Origin: a virus
Strand: one strand, 5' to 3'
DNA length: 64,000 nucleotides
Virus record (IMG/VR): IMGVR_UViG_3300040959_000809
Below, one piece after another: positions 28,161 through 39,800 of this stretch (the first letter of the stretch is position 1; every line of letters begins with the position of its first letter). The notes under the pieces were generated by a model. It made no database searches, was not told the DNA's origin, and was given only the letters and a program-made list of their open reading frames with translations. Both the position numbers and the translations under genes were made by a program.

Positions 28161-29488
28161 TATGTTTTTCCTAAAATCTTTTGTCTCAAGGACAATGGGT
28201 CAACTAAATTTCTTGTTTTAAAGGAAACTGCACCGGTCGGTGACATCAAAGAAGCGTTACCTAATACTCCAGCAATACCATGTTTAACATCAGCTTCTCT
28301 TGAAAAGTCATCATTGTCTATCGGATTCGGTCTAAGGTAACCTATGGTGCCACCTTCTAAATCCCACACAGCAATACCACCAGGCCGAACAAGTGAAGAG
28401 TCATTAGCATTCACCCTCATATCGGTTGCATATATTCTTCCATTATCAATATAAACTTTTCCAAATCCGTATGATCCAGATGCCCCGGCCTGATTAAAAT
28501 GAACTAAGGTGTTTATATGATCGCCATTATAATTAAATAGATATATTGCACCTATGTATCCATTTGGGCCCAATACGCTGTTCAGCTCATTGGAAAGTTC
28601 TGGACAAGTGACAGCTATAACTCCACCACCTATAGCACAATGTCTACCAAACTTCTCACCTCTTGTTACATCAGGTTCTGGTGAAACTATTTCCCTTAAA
28701 AGGTTTCCGTCTAAATCATATATTCCTACAAAGCCTTCTCTATTACTAGAACCGGGAGATGTGCTATCACGTGCAGTACTAACAACCATTAAGCCATCGG
28801 CAAAGTCAACACATTCCGGTGCATAAGGAGTTCCATATTCGGAATTTCGTAAAGTTATTTCCTTTATGAGAGTGCCATCCTTATTGTATAGCCAGGTTCT
28901 AGGTATTCCGGCACCGCCTTTTAAAGCTATTCTATCTTCACCAGCCGCTATATTGTTTCCAAACCTTGTCTCATTGACTGAAATTGGTGAATTAATAATG
29001 AATTTTTGAGTACCGTCAAGATTATAAACATGAACTCTACCAACAGAGTTATTTGATGGATATCTAACCTCTGAAAAAATAAGTTGACCTTGAGCAATTA
29101 CAATACTGTTCATACCAAACGGCCCAACATAGGACCCAATACTACTGGTATTCGCATCTGATATGATTATTTTGTAAAGAAGTGCTTCTGGGTTTTCGGC
29201 GCTTTCCAATATGCGTTCGGCATCATATACTCTTATGGTTTTGTTGTCTGGATCTCCTATTGCAAGTAAGCCATTACCAGCACCAACAGAACCTTTTCCA
29301 ATTATAACACCATCATCATAAAGATATGTTGGCAGTGAGGAATAACCTGGCTCGACTTGACGGCCTGAATAATTAATTGAATCAGGATTGGTTAGGTCGG
29401 GTGCTACTCCACCACCAGAACCATATAGTGCTGGTTTACCATTAGCTGTACTTAAATATTTTTGAGAATCAGCTACTTTGAGTGCCAT
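28160..29488 (-). CDS. FG-GAP-like beta-propeller protein, 442 aa
   Basis: RFGNNIAAGEDRIAL, KFGRHCAIGGGVIAV, IYDLDGNLL. Confidence 0.65.
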   Translation of the reverse strand: MALKVADSQKYLSTANGKPALYGSGGGVAPDLTNPDSINYSGRQVEPGYSSLPTYLYDDGVIIGKGSVGAGNGLLAIGDPDNKTIRVYDAERILESAENPEALLYKIIISDANTSSIGSYVGPFGMNSIVIAQGQLIFSEVRYPSNNSVGRVHVYNLDGTQKFIINSPISVNETRFGNNIAAGEDRIALKGGAGIPRTWLYNKDGTLIKEITLRNSEYGTPYAPECVDFADGLMVVSTARDSTSPGSSNREGFVGIYDLDGNLLREIVSPEPDVTRGEKFGRHCAIGGGVIAVTCPELSNELNSVLGPNGYIGAIYLFNYNGDHINTLVHFNQAGASGSYGFGKVYIDNGRIYATDMRVNANDSSLVRPGGIAVWDLEGGTIGYLRPNPIDNDDFSREADVKHGIAGVLGNASLMSPTGAVSFKTRNLVDPLSLRQKILGKT

Positions 29489-29529
29489 TTGTATCTCCGG
29501 ACAATAGGTTGTGAACTACTTTCTATTGT

Positions 29530-29537
29530 TATTTATA
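29530..29537 (-). promoter_or_regulatory. Late promoter heading the propeller array
   Basis: Exact TATAAATA overlapping the upstream stop codon. Confidence 0.8.
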
Positions 29538-30306
29538 CACGGCGTTCGATGTCGTCCTCTGATAATACATCACCCATCCATACCTCAATTACCTTTACTG
29601 GTTTGTTTCCCACGTTTATAGCCTTATGCCATGTTCGCTTAGGTATGTCTATACTATCGCCGGTTTTATAGATCTTTTTAGTTTCATATCCATTTGGAAA
29701 TTCCAAATTCATTCTTAAATCACCATCGACGATATGCCAATGTTCAGAACGTACAAAGTGTCTTTGGTCTGACAATGATTTACCAACATCAATGGATAAT
29801 TCTTTTACCTTCCAATGGCCATTATGATCTAATTCTCTGTATTTGCCCCATAGTCTTTCCGTGGTTGGTTTATCCCAATTTTTTAAAATCCAACTGGAAC
29901 TATTTGCTTTATTTGTCCCACCAACACCAAACTCAAATATTACATCATCACTGAATACCATCTCGGGTATATTTTCTTTTGTTCGATCTCCGCCATTGCA
30001 AAATACAATACGACATTTGGAATATTTTTCTAAAACTTTTTTAATGCAATCAATTGCCGTGTCATCAGAATCATCAAACTCTATAATTTCATCAACCATG
30101 TTTAAATGTTCAATGATTGTTTTACGTTCATTATAAGGCATAAATTCACGGCTTTTTTTTCTTTGCAACCAAGCATCAGAATTAATACCGACGACCAGCC
30201 AATCGCATAGTAAATTAGCATGATTCAGATAATGAATATGCCCAGAATGTACTGGGTCAAATCCACCAGTTACGATTCCTACAGTTTTAATTTCTTTCAT
30301 TGCCAT
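29533..30306 (-). CDS. Cytidylyltransferase-like domain fused to a cupin (type II PMI C-terminal-like) domain
   Basis: GGFDPVHSGH, GGDRTKENIPE; cupin ERLWGKY...LSDQRHFVRSEHW...IPKRTWHKAIN...IEVWMG...EDDIER. Confidence 0.85.
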   Translation of the reverse strand: MAMKEIKTVGIVTGGFDPVHSGHIHYLNHANLLCDWLVVGINSDAWLQRKKSREFMPYNERKTIIEHLNMVDEIIEFDDSDDTAIDCIKKVLEKYSKCRIVFCNGGDRTKENIPEMVFSDDVIFEFGVGGTNKANSSSWILKNWDKPTTERLWGKYRELDHNGHWKVKELSIDVGKSLSDQRHFVRSEHWHIVDGDLRMNLEFPNGYETKKIYKTGDSIDIPKRTWHKAINVGNKPVKVIEVWMGDVLSEDDIERRV

Positions 30307-30322
30307 GGTTTATTTACTCTCC

Positions 30323-31540
30323 TTACATTTCCATAAAACCGTGCATCATATAATCCCATACGAAATTTGACTCCTCATTAGAAGTTTTCATATGCTTTTT
30401 AAAATATGAAGGATGCACCCACCAATCTTCGTATGTTTGCTTATCATCAAGTGCAATATCATTAGCACATAAAATATAACCTGCCTTTTCTAGGTGTTCT
30501 CTGGCTACAGTTTTAATTTCGTCACCCCACCAACATGAATTATGCTGAAACTGAATGACTGAAAAATCATATCTTTTAAATGGAATTTTTAATAATGTTT
30601 TTAATGATGCTTCCTCACAATTAATTCTTAGGAAATCAATATGTTCTTCCATACAATGACTTTTAAGTAGAGCTTCATAATCTATTTCTTCAGCGTTGCC
30701 TGTAATGATTGTAGAATTTCTTGTCTGTGCATGTTTATAACATGTTTTTTCATTAATGTCAACAGAAATTCCTTTCCATCCAAATGTCTTTTCCAGTAAT
30801 GCAGTAGCATTCCATGTAAATGGCTCACCGGATCCAAGCTCGATAAATGATCCACGTTCCTTTCCATCCAATACCGAGAGCACAAACATATCCTGAAAGT
30901 GTCTAGCATAATTTTCAGTTACTTTTCCAAGACCTTTAAATGGGAACTTATAAAGGCTTTTATCTTCTCTGTTATATTTTAATGAGCTTGGATAACCTAC
31001 TGTATCCAAAGTACTATTGACTTTTGTTTTTAGATCTTTATCAGAAATAATATCTTTATATTTTAAATTAAATAGAGCCTGTTTACCCTGATCCTTACCA
31101 TTATCTTTCCATAGAGCCAATGCATTTAAGTATTTAATTCCATGCATTCCTGGATAATCGACATCCAAATCATTCTGATCTTTTAATGATAGACCAATAC
31201 CTGAGTACATCAATGATGGTCTCCATTGATCCATATCCTGGTGCCACTTTGCAAGAAAATAGTATGCCTCTGGTCTTTGGGGTAAGACACCAACCGCATT
31301 TTCCATAATGGATCTTGCACTCTGCCACCGACCTTTAGCTCTATAATAGATCTTGCTTAATTGAATTAGAGACTTATATTGCAATTCCTTATCTTCATAT
31401 TCATAATCTGCAGCACGAAGATAAAATGTTGCGGCCGCGGCACCTTGTTCGAGCCGATCATATTCTTTAGCAAGAGCAAACATTTTTTGTGTGTTATGTG
31501 TATCTAACACGACGTCATTTAATAATTCTTGTAAAACCAT
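30323..31540 (-). CDS. TPR-like domain plus FkbM-like methyltransferase domain, 405 aa
   Basis: Helical repeats (PQRPEAYYFLAKW); FQDMFVLSVLDGKERGSFIELGS, IDFLRINCE, YEDWWVHP. Confidence 0.7.
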   Translation of the reverse strand: MVLQELLNDVVLDTHNTQKMFALAKEYDRLEQGAAAATFYLRAADYEYEDKELQYKSLIQLSKIYYRAKGRWQSARSIMENAVGVLPQRPEAYYFLAKWHQDMDQWRPSLMYSGIGLSLKDQNDLDVDYPGMHGIKYLNALALWKDNGKDQGKQALFNLKYKDIISDKDLKTKVNSTLDTVGYPSSLKYNREDKSLYKFPFKGLGKVTENYARHFQDMFVLSVLDGKERGSFIELGSGEPFTWNATALLEKTFGWKGISVDINEKTCYKHAQTRNSTIITGNAEEIDYEALLKSHCMEEHIDFLRINCEEASLKTLLKIPFKRYDFSVIQFQHNSCWWGDEIKTVAREHLEKAGYILCANDIALDDKQTYEDWWVHPSYFKKHMKTSNEESNFVWDYMMHGFMEM

Positions 31541-31543
31541 AAT

Positions 31544-32578
31544 CTATCCCTTAGTAATAAAATCAAAAAATACCTGCTGTGGCATTCTTAAAATATATGA
31601 TGCATTATCTACAAGACCATATGAGATTAAAATATCACCGTTTAAAAAAGTAACCCCGGTTGCAAATTCAATGTTATATTCTTGACCTGAAACAATGTCG
31701 TTATGAGAGCCCATAAAATGGAATTCTTTTGAAGAGTAAACAATATTCCAATCATTATCCCAAATAATTACACGGTGTGCATAGTTACCATCCTTACGAC
31801 CAAACGCATCTCTCCAAAGATTTGTTTCATGTGTGATAGCCATTCGTTGTGTTGGGTTGATTCTAACTACCTGAGAACCACCTCTAATATCTCTAGGAAA
31901 ATTATATTTGTTTTCCTCATCCAACACAGCGGTGGTTGTTTCTTTAGTTTCAATATTATAATGTGCAACCTGTGTAGGATTACACCACTTTACAAAGTGC
32001 CAGGGCATATCCAATACTGGCATCCAGTTCTTTTCACAATAACTGCCATCACCATCTGGAGCAGGAATAGGGTTGCGAGAGACCTCAGTCCATATCCCAT
32101 CCTTAAGTTCAATTTCACACATTTCCATTCGACCTGTGCCTTTGTCGTCATAACAATCACGGCGAACTCCACAGAGAAACATTCTATCATCCCAGTTAAA
32201 AAGTCTGGCATCCTCCAGTCCAACAAAATTCCATGTTGGTTTTGTATCCAATGTCATTTTTACTCGATGAGATGAAAGAACATTCATATCTTCATCCAAC
32301 TCACACATTACGTTATGAGTAGATAGCGATACATCGTTCTCTGGATGTATATACACCAAAGGGCCCCATGCATGAGGAAATTGCTTTGTCTCGCTGTGGT
32401 ATAGGATATAGTTTATGTGGCGAACATTTAAGTATATTTTACCCTCGTGTTGAAAAATCGAGGGGTTCATTATACCAGTTTCAGTGCCAAGAACTTCTTT
32501 AGGAATGGTAATGGGGTGTATGCTGCCACCCCGTTTTAAAGCATATGCGGATAACCCGCCAGATCTCAAGTCGTTCAT
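31544..32578 (-). CDS. GH130/GH43-clan-like five-bladed beta-propeller glycosidase or phosphorylase
   Basis: MNPSI, GLEDARLF, EKNWMP, IRGGS, IEFATG, SYGLVD motifs. Confidence 0.65.
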   Translation of the reverse strand: MNDLRSGGLSAYALKRGGSIHPITIPKEVLGTETGIMNPSIFQHEGKIYLNVRHINYILYHSETKQFPHAWGPLVYIHPENDVSLSTHNVMCELDEDMNVLSSHRVKMTLDTKPTWNFVGLEDARLFNWDDRMFLCGVRRDCYDDKGTGRMEMCEIELKDGIWTEVSRNPIPAPDGDGSYCEKNWMPVLDMPWHFVKWCNPTQVAHYNIETKETTTAVLDEENKYNFPRDIRGGSQVVRINPTQRMAITHETNLWRDAFGRKDGNYAHRVIIWDNDWNIVYSSKEFHFMGSHNDIVSGQEYNIEFATGVTFLNGDILISYGLVDNASYILRMPQQVFFDFITKG

Positions 32579-32610
32579 AATAACCTCAAATTATATAAAA
32601 TTATTTCAAT

Positions 32611-32940
32611 TTACCAAGGTACAGTACGTGTAGTAACATCCTTTTCAGCTACTTTTCTAGCCAGATTAGCATTAATTGTTTCTACTCTTTTTGGGGATTG
32701 AGTGGCCTCTACCCAGGCAATCACATCTGTTTCGACAAGATCATCATAAGAAATAAAATTACTTTCCGTAGTATTTGTGGCATCAAGAACATCATTACCC
32801 ATAGTAGACACTTTTATACCAGCATCGGTTGTTAATGTTTTCTGCCACCTAACCTTTATAACTGCATTTTCCAAAACAACTCCATCAGAATTTGTCTGAT
32901 CGGTTGTAAATAGATTAAGAATTTTCCATGAATAACTCAT
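32611..32940 (-). CDS. Small fibre-associated protein, 109 aa
   Basis: YSWKI...VRW...FISYDDLVETDVIAWV; paralogue of the adjacent 144-aa gene. Confidence 0.65.
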   Translation of the reverse strand: MSYSWKILNLFTTDQTNSDGVVLENAVIKVRWQKTLTTDAGIKVSTMGNDVLDATNTTESNFISYDDLVETDVIAWVEATQSPKRVETINANLARKVAEKDVTTRTVPW

Positions 32941-32957
32941 GTTAGTATCCTACCTTA

Positions 32958-33392
32958 TTAAGCTTCTGGGTCCGTAAAGTCACCTGAATCTGCATCCGCA
33001 GATTCTGGTGTTGGTGTTACCGCATCCTCTGCTGTAGACCATGGGAAAGAACCTTGGTTTATTTCAGTGACGACTCCTGATTTATCCTCAATCTGTTTTT
33101 GGATCTGTTCGTCAATATGTACTTTATATGTTCTGTCCCCATTTACTCTATTTTGAATCCATGCCAAAACATCAGCTTCAGTCAGATCTGCAAATGCCTT
33201 AAATGAACCAGCTGGAACATTCTCAGCAGTAAATGGTGTAGCACCAGAGAAAGTACCATCGACACCATCAGCATTAGCACCAGTACATTCCCAATATGTT
33301 TGAACCACAGCACTAGGTAATGTCTCACCATCTGCGTTCACTTGATCACGAACTTTAAGTCCACGAACCTTCCAAGTATATGTAAAATCCAT
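32958..33392 (-). CDS. Small fibre-associated protein, 144 aa
   Basis: YTWKV...VVQTYW...FKAFADLTEADVLAWI; AATAAATA at 33424-33431. Confidence 0.65.
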   Translation of the reverse strand: MDFTYTWKVRGLKVRDQVNADGETLPSAVVQTYWECTGANADGVDGTFSGATPFTAENVPAGSFKAFADLTEADVLAWIQNRVNGDRTYKVHIDEQIQKQIEDKSGVVTEINQGSFPWSTAEDAVTPTPESADADSGDFTDPEA

Positions 33393-33429
33393 TATTATTC
33401 TCCGATTTTAGTTTAATATAAGTTATTTA

Positions 33430-33867
33430 TTAATCTTCCACTGCGTCTGCAAAGTACGTTGTGGTCTTTAAGAAATTGTATGCCTGGGTAAGTTCACTCG
33501 GTGCGCCTTCTGATGTATCTAACATAAAGCATGGCTCATACCCTTTCCACATTTGCCCGAAATCTGAATCCATAGGAGCATCTGTAGGTGCAGAACCAAT
33601 CATCCCAAGCGGCTCAGATCCATTTTCTCTTGCATCTTTTGAAACATAAACAGTTATGGTTACCTTGGCAAGATATCCCGCCTTCCATTCACGTTCATTA
33701 TCTGGTCTCTGCTCGCCACCATTTGTCAAGCCATCTTGTCTTCCGGCATCACGTGGATCTTTAATATCAGCAACCCTTTTTTCCACATCAACTTTGGTTA
33801 TAATGTGATATGCATTAGGTACCGTAAGTCCGGTATTTTTTATTACGAAATCTTGAATTAAAGCCAT
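33430..33867 (-). CDS. Small fibre-associated protein, 145 aa
   Basis: TAATG-coupled to the giant fibre; ends QAYNFLKTTTYFADAVED. Confidence 0.65.
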   Translation of the reverse strand: MALIQDFVIKNTGLTVPNAYHIITKVDVEKRVADIKDPRDAGRQDGLTNGGEQRPDNEREWKAGYLAKVTITVYVSKDARENGSEPLGMIGSAPTDAPMDSDFGQMWKGYEPCFMLDTSEGAPSELTQAYNFLKTTTYFADAVED

Positions 33868-36800
33868 TATTTACTCTCCATTAATTTATATACCATTTCT
33901 TTCAATTTGTCAATCTCTTTTTGTTGATTATCAAGTTTTTGTTCCTGTTTATTTATCAAATCTTGTTGGTCTTTTGTAGCTTCAATAAGCACACCGACAA
34001 GTTTATCATAAGCTACACCGTAACGATCATTTTCATCATCATAGGTAATAACCTCTGGAACGACCTTTGCTGTTTCCTGAGCAATGACACCCATATGGCG
34101 TCTATGCTCTTTATCTTCAGGCTGCCATTTCCAATTATAATAAACACCACGCAAATTCAATACCTTGTCTAAGGCATTATCAATTGTTACAATATTTTCT
34201 TTGTGTCTTTCATCTGAGAAAGCAACAATATCACCCGTTGCATAAATGTCACCAGAAACATAAAGTTCATATGTGGACGATGTAGTAGAAGAACCGATAC
34301 CCAAACAGGTATTATTTGGATTATAGAACCAAGCCCAACGACCCAAGCCTTGATAATAAAGACCGCCATAACCACCGTCTGTACTTCTAAACATCCAGTG
34401 AATGTCATTGGATACCTGCGACATTGCAAATCCATAATAGTTATTACGATTTCCAAGTAGGTTCATTGAACCGTATGAGGTAGATGAGTTCGGATAAATG
34501 TGCCAGCCATTAGTACTAGAATAATAGCCAGATGTATTGGTTAACTGCCAAGCAGCTTTATATGTATAACCAGATGTGTTATTATTGAACGTCCAATTTA
34601 ATGTATTGTTATTATAATCTCTTTCAATACGGATACCACCATAACCACCATAGGCCGCCATGGTAATACCAGTATGATATTGAAGTACTAGATCTGGGTA
34701 CGGGCTAGACCAAGCTCCATTTTCTTGGAAGCCCCAACCATATGGCCAATCACTACGATCATAACTACCTCCACTGTTAGATCCATTATACGGTGAATCA
34801 TATACATTAGCCTCGATGACATTCATCCGTGAGGTTGATGCAAAATTACCGTAGTAGCCATCATTATTATGATCATAAAAGATGGGTGAGCGGAAGCTAC
34901 CGTCAGCGTAACCATTACCTACAACATGAAGATCATATGAAGCAGTACCTGTATCACCTGTGCCACCACCAACTTTAAATGTATCCGCAACAACAAGTCT
35001 ACCTTGTGTTGTCAGTGACATAGCACCTTGTGCAGTGTTGTGACCCGTGTCACCCCACCAGAAGCCGCGATCATCCTCATCATTGAATTGGAATGTCATA
35101 GCCCAGTCATTCAGACCACCATATGTAATCCCTGACTGCATACCGATAGCAAAGTCTGAACTATCATATACACGAATCTTATCACGAGTACTGTTTGAAG
35201 GACCGTCTAGTCTGTTGAAATCCATTGTATTAATATTGGAATTTCCAGCCATATTCATGTAATAGGTGTCGTCATCCGTATCATAGAATAGTGGCGCACG
35301 GAATGATTGAGATGCATAAACATTACCATTTGCTCGAGCCTGGAATCTCCATTGATTGGCAATATCACTAGAACCCGCACCATGTTGTCCTAGATACAGC
35401 CCGGAATTTTCATCATTATTATTATTTGAATCAATGTTTATGAATACATTATTATATGAGTTAATCCTGATATCATCTGAAGCGTCACCCGCCGCATTTC
35501 TTGATGTAATACTGTGGTTGGTATTGTCATTACCGTAGAATGTAATATAATCACCTTGGTCCTTCATATTAAACCGATCAGCTGTAATCGTATTCATAAT
35601 TGATGTAGAAGCTGGATCTGCATAGAAAGCAGGATCATTAGTATCATAATAACGGCCAGCATACATCGAGCCGCCGTTTGAACTATTTTCATCAAGAACA
35701 GGAATTGTTCTCCAAGCTCTAAACGTATTACCCCAAGTTGAGCGGAACCGAAGGTTTGTAATTGGTCCACCAACCATTTGCCAACCATAGCGGTTAGTTC
35801 CGTTTGAATAGTGATATGCCTGAACACCGACCCAGTGTGATGTACCTGAAGGCTGGTTACCCGGGTTAGACCAAGAATCAATAAAGCCAGATCCCCAGTC
35901 AGCAACCACCGTTGTCATATCTTGCTTGCCCCAGCCCATTGCACCTGACCAATAGTTGGTATCAGAGGTAATCCGAGGTCTTGCTCTATAGTACTCACCA
36001 GAATCTCTTGTGTGCCCTGGCAAAGCCATATAAGCCATGGTTACATTATTCACACCTTTAAAACGTGTAGAGTTAATAGATACCGGATTGAAATACCAAT
36101 TACTATCATCTGTATCTCTAAAGATAGGAGCACGCATATCATTATTGGCTTCAAAATAACCATTTTGTGTACGAGCCTGCTGACCACCGTTATAGTAAAG
36201 AATGGTACGAGCATTTCTTTCTAAGTAAATCTGCCAATCATCGTCAGGTGATTTAAAGCCCCAGTGACTATCTTCATCAAAGTAAATACGACCACAGTTA
36301 GTTGAGTTACTATCGCGGAAAATAATTTCACCGTGGTCAGAGTCATTTGAACGAATTGACATTGTGTCTGCATCGTCATCGTAAATATCCCAGCCGTTAT
36401 CCAAGCTGTACACATTAGCAATGATTGTATTCATTCTAGATGTGCTAGCAAAATCACCGTAGTAAGCCGGATTGTTATAATCATAGTAAATGGTAGCATA
36501 CATTGATGTATTGTAGTTACTAGCATTATTAGTTGTAAGAGCCATAGACGCTGTGCGAGTCTGTCGAACGGTACCATAATCGCCATTGCCGCGGAACCCT
36601 ACGGTCCATCCATTGCCCCAGTCGGTAGAAAAACTACTATAACCTGTGTGTACATTTGTAACAGAAACCTGTGGATATTGCCAACCTTTATATTCACCGA
36701 TACAAACAATATGACGAGAGCCATCAGTACCAAATCTAAAGTTTACACGGCCATAATCACTGTCTGTAAGTTGAGTAACAGAAACGTTGGTCCACCGGCC

Positions 36801-39800
36801 ACTAGAATATGCATATCCACCAACTCTAAATGTTGACATTCTACCGAAATTATATTCGTAAACATTAACATCAAAGTGAAGCATTGTATTGCCGCTATAA
36901 CGGCTGGTTGGAAGATAAATTGTCAAAACACCATTTACTGTAGATGCAGACGTTGTATAAGTACCACCATTAGGCATTGCAAACCGACGAGTTTGGCCAT
37001 CATATACATTGTTTATTCTAGCATAATTCATCAACGTTGTCGAAGCAAAATCACCATAGTATGCAGGATTATTGCGGTCATAATATCTATCAGCATATGC
37101 ATTACCATAGATTTCAGTAGTACCGCCATTTGTTCTTAGCGCCCATTGGCTATCGGCTGAGTTGCGGAATCCGATATTATTACTGTTATCAGCACGGATA
37201 TAACCTCGAGCACTATTACCTGTAGTAGTAAACAATATCTGTGAGGTTGCCTGAGTAGAATACAATCTAAACCGCTGGTTAGTATCAGAATACCAATGCA
37301 TTGCTGTTGCTTGGTTATATAGACCTTCACCACTATTATCATTTCTGAACCAGTTACGAGCATAGAATTCAGTTGCGCGTATACCAGTACCCATATTTGA
37401 GAATCCAGCAGGATCAGCATAATATGCAGGATCATTGCGGTCATAAAAAATTGGAGAATCAATTCTGTCATTGATTAATGTTTGGCCGTTTCCACGGACA
37501 ATCATATTCCATTGGCCACCTACACCGCCATCACGGAATGAGATATCCTCACCACCTGATGTTGCAATAATTAAGTGAGCATCATTAGTTTCTGTTGCTT
37601 GGATGTAACCACGGGTACTTCCAGATGACGTTTGGAAGTTTGCAATTCCACCTGCAACATGAGTGGTAGTATTTACATTAATTGCGTTCATCCGTGAAGT
37701 TGATGCAAAATTACCGTAGTAGTTAGGATCATTACTGTCGTAGAAAATAGGTGCCCGTACACTATTATGTGCATCGTAACGATTAGCAATATTTGGACTA
37801 TCATAATCGTGTGTTATGCTAGCCGCATTATTAAATGTCATACGTTGTGATTTGCCAGGTATGATTAGGCGACTGTTTGCCGGAGCAGAAGTGCTACCTT
37901 GATCATTCTGAATTGTCTGGCCATTTCTATAAATCCAGCGCCATCTTGCAAATGAGTTCCAGGCAGCACCTGAGAATCTAAGATACACGTTCCGAGCATT
38001 ATCAATATAAACCTCTGGGCTAATTTGCCCATTTGAGCTTTCTAGATCATGCTGAATGGACATACCTGAACTTGCGTATGTTGCCATATGCACAGTACCT
38101 TTAACGGCACCAGGGTAATTAGAATCACGTTTACAATAATATTCAATTGCGCCAATTGAGGTAGCGCTAGATAATGTTGCGACACGGATATAATAATATG
38201 AAAGGACGGATCCGTTCCAGTTATATGGCGTTCTTGAATACCACTGACCTTGTTGTGGATTGTTCTGATCAAACCCACCTAATGTCAATGTATTCAGATA
38301 GGATCTATCACCTGGTTCAGTCCAATAAGATGTAGAGGATCTATCTGTAAATCTATTTGCATATATTGTATTTTCTGCATATACGTGTCTGTCGTTTTGC
38401 AGCCAGAACATTGCTTCGTTATTACCAGAGGACCAACCTCGGCCAATCCCATAGTGTGGGTTAGTGTTGTTAGGTGAGTAACCAAAACTTAGTCTTGTTG
38501 AATTTGTGCCAGAGGTGCCAATTACCCAATGCTTAAAGTTACCTGTAGAGGCGTTAGCACTATCATACCCCATAAATCGTAGAGTAGGTCCATGTGTAGA
38601 ATTATTAATTCGAGATGATACAAGATTTATTTGAGGATATTGTCCTCTTAATGTAAGGTCTGGTCGTCTACTTTCGGATAATAGACCATTGGTTTTATTT
38701 GTTTCATCACCTAATTGAATCCGCGCAGGTTGACCACCAGAACTATTATAACCGGCTGTGGGCACCAATTGAATTCTTTGCATACGTGATTCAGAAGCAA
38801 AATTACCGTAGTAGTTAGGATCATCATTATCGTAGAAAATAGGAGAATATATATTCCCTGGTGTCGTTACTCTAGTAGTACTCCAACCAATATTACGACC
38901 AATGTAAAGATCATCAGTTCCATCGTAGAATAGGAATGATTTAACAGCATCACCAGAATCGTGGCCCACAAATTCCCATGTCTCTGAGAAGTTTGCCATA
39001 AGTCCAGCGCGAATATCTGATGCCCAAGTGCCAGCACTGAAGTCATAATTGGTATCGGTACGACCAATATTTAATGCACCAGGTTGCATATTTCCAACTG
39101 AATAATTGGAGTTAGCAATTTCACCGTAAACTCTCATAGAGAGATCGGCATTACCATCCCAAATATATGCATTATTATCTCTATCTACAATTTTACTTAC
39201 GTTGACCTGGTTCATTACCGAGGTGCCAGCAAAATCACCATAGAAACCTGTGTTATCTCTATCTCTAAATACAGGTGCGTCTGCATTACCTGATACATCA
39301 AGATCACCAGTTACAAAAATATCATCCGAGCGAATACGACCTTGTACATTTGATCTTTTTAGAATTGGTGGGCCGAACTCACGAAGAGCACCGGCACTGT
39401 TGTAGTTCATTAAGATACGAATACGTACAAATCTACAGCCACCGCCATCTGAACCATTATAAGGTGTGTGCGTTGTCGGAATTGTTGTAAAGCCACGATA
39501 TGTATTCCAACCAGTACTTGTATAGTTTACAGCACTTGCAACAAAGTATGTAGTACCAGTATTACCAGCAATCGGCTTTTTATCTTTATCAAATCGTTCA
39601 ATACCATAGTAAAATAATCCACCAGAACCAGAAACATATCTGATTGCCATTTCACCATAAATTTCTTCACCAGGTTCAACAGCAATATAATCTGAATAGA
39701 ATTGACGATATGCAGATGTCCTTACGACATAACTCGATGCAGTTGGTGAATCGCTGCTCTTAGAATAATCACCAGTTTGAATATTATTGGTTTCTGAACC

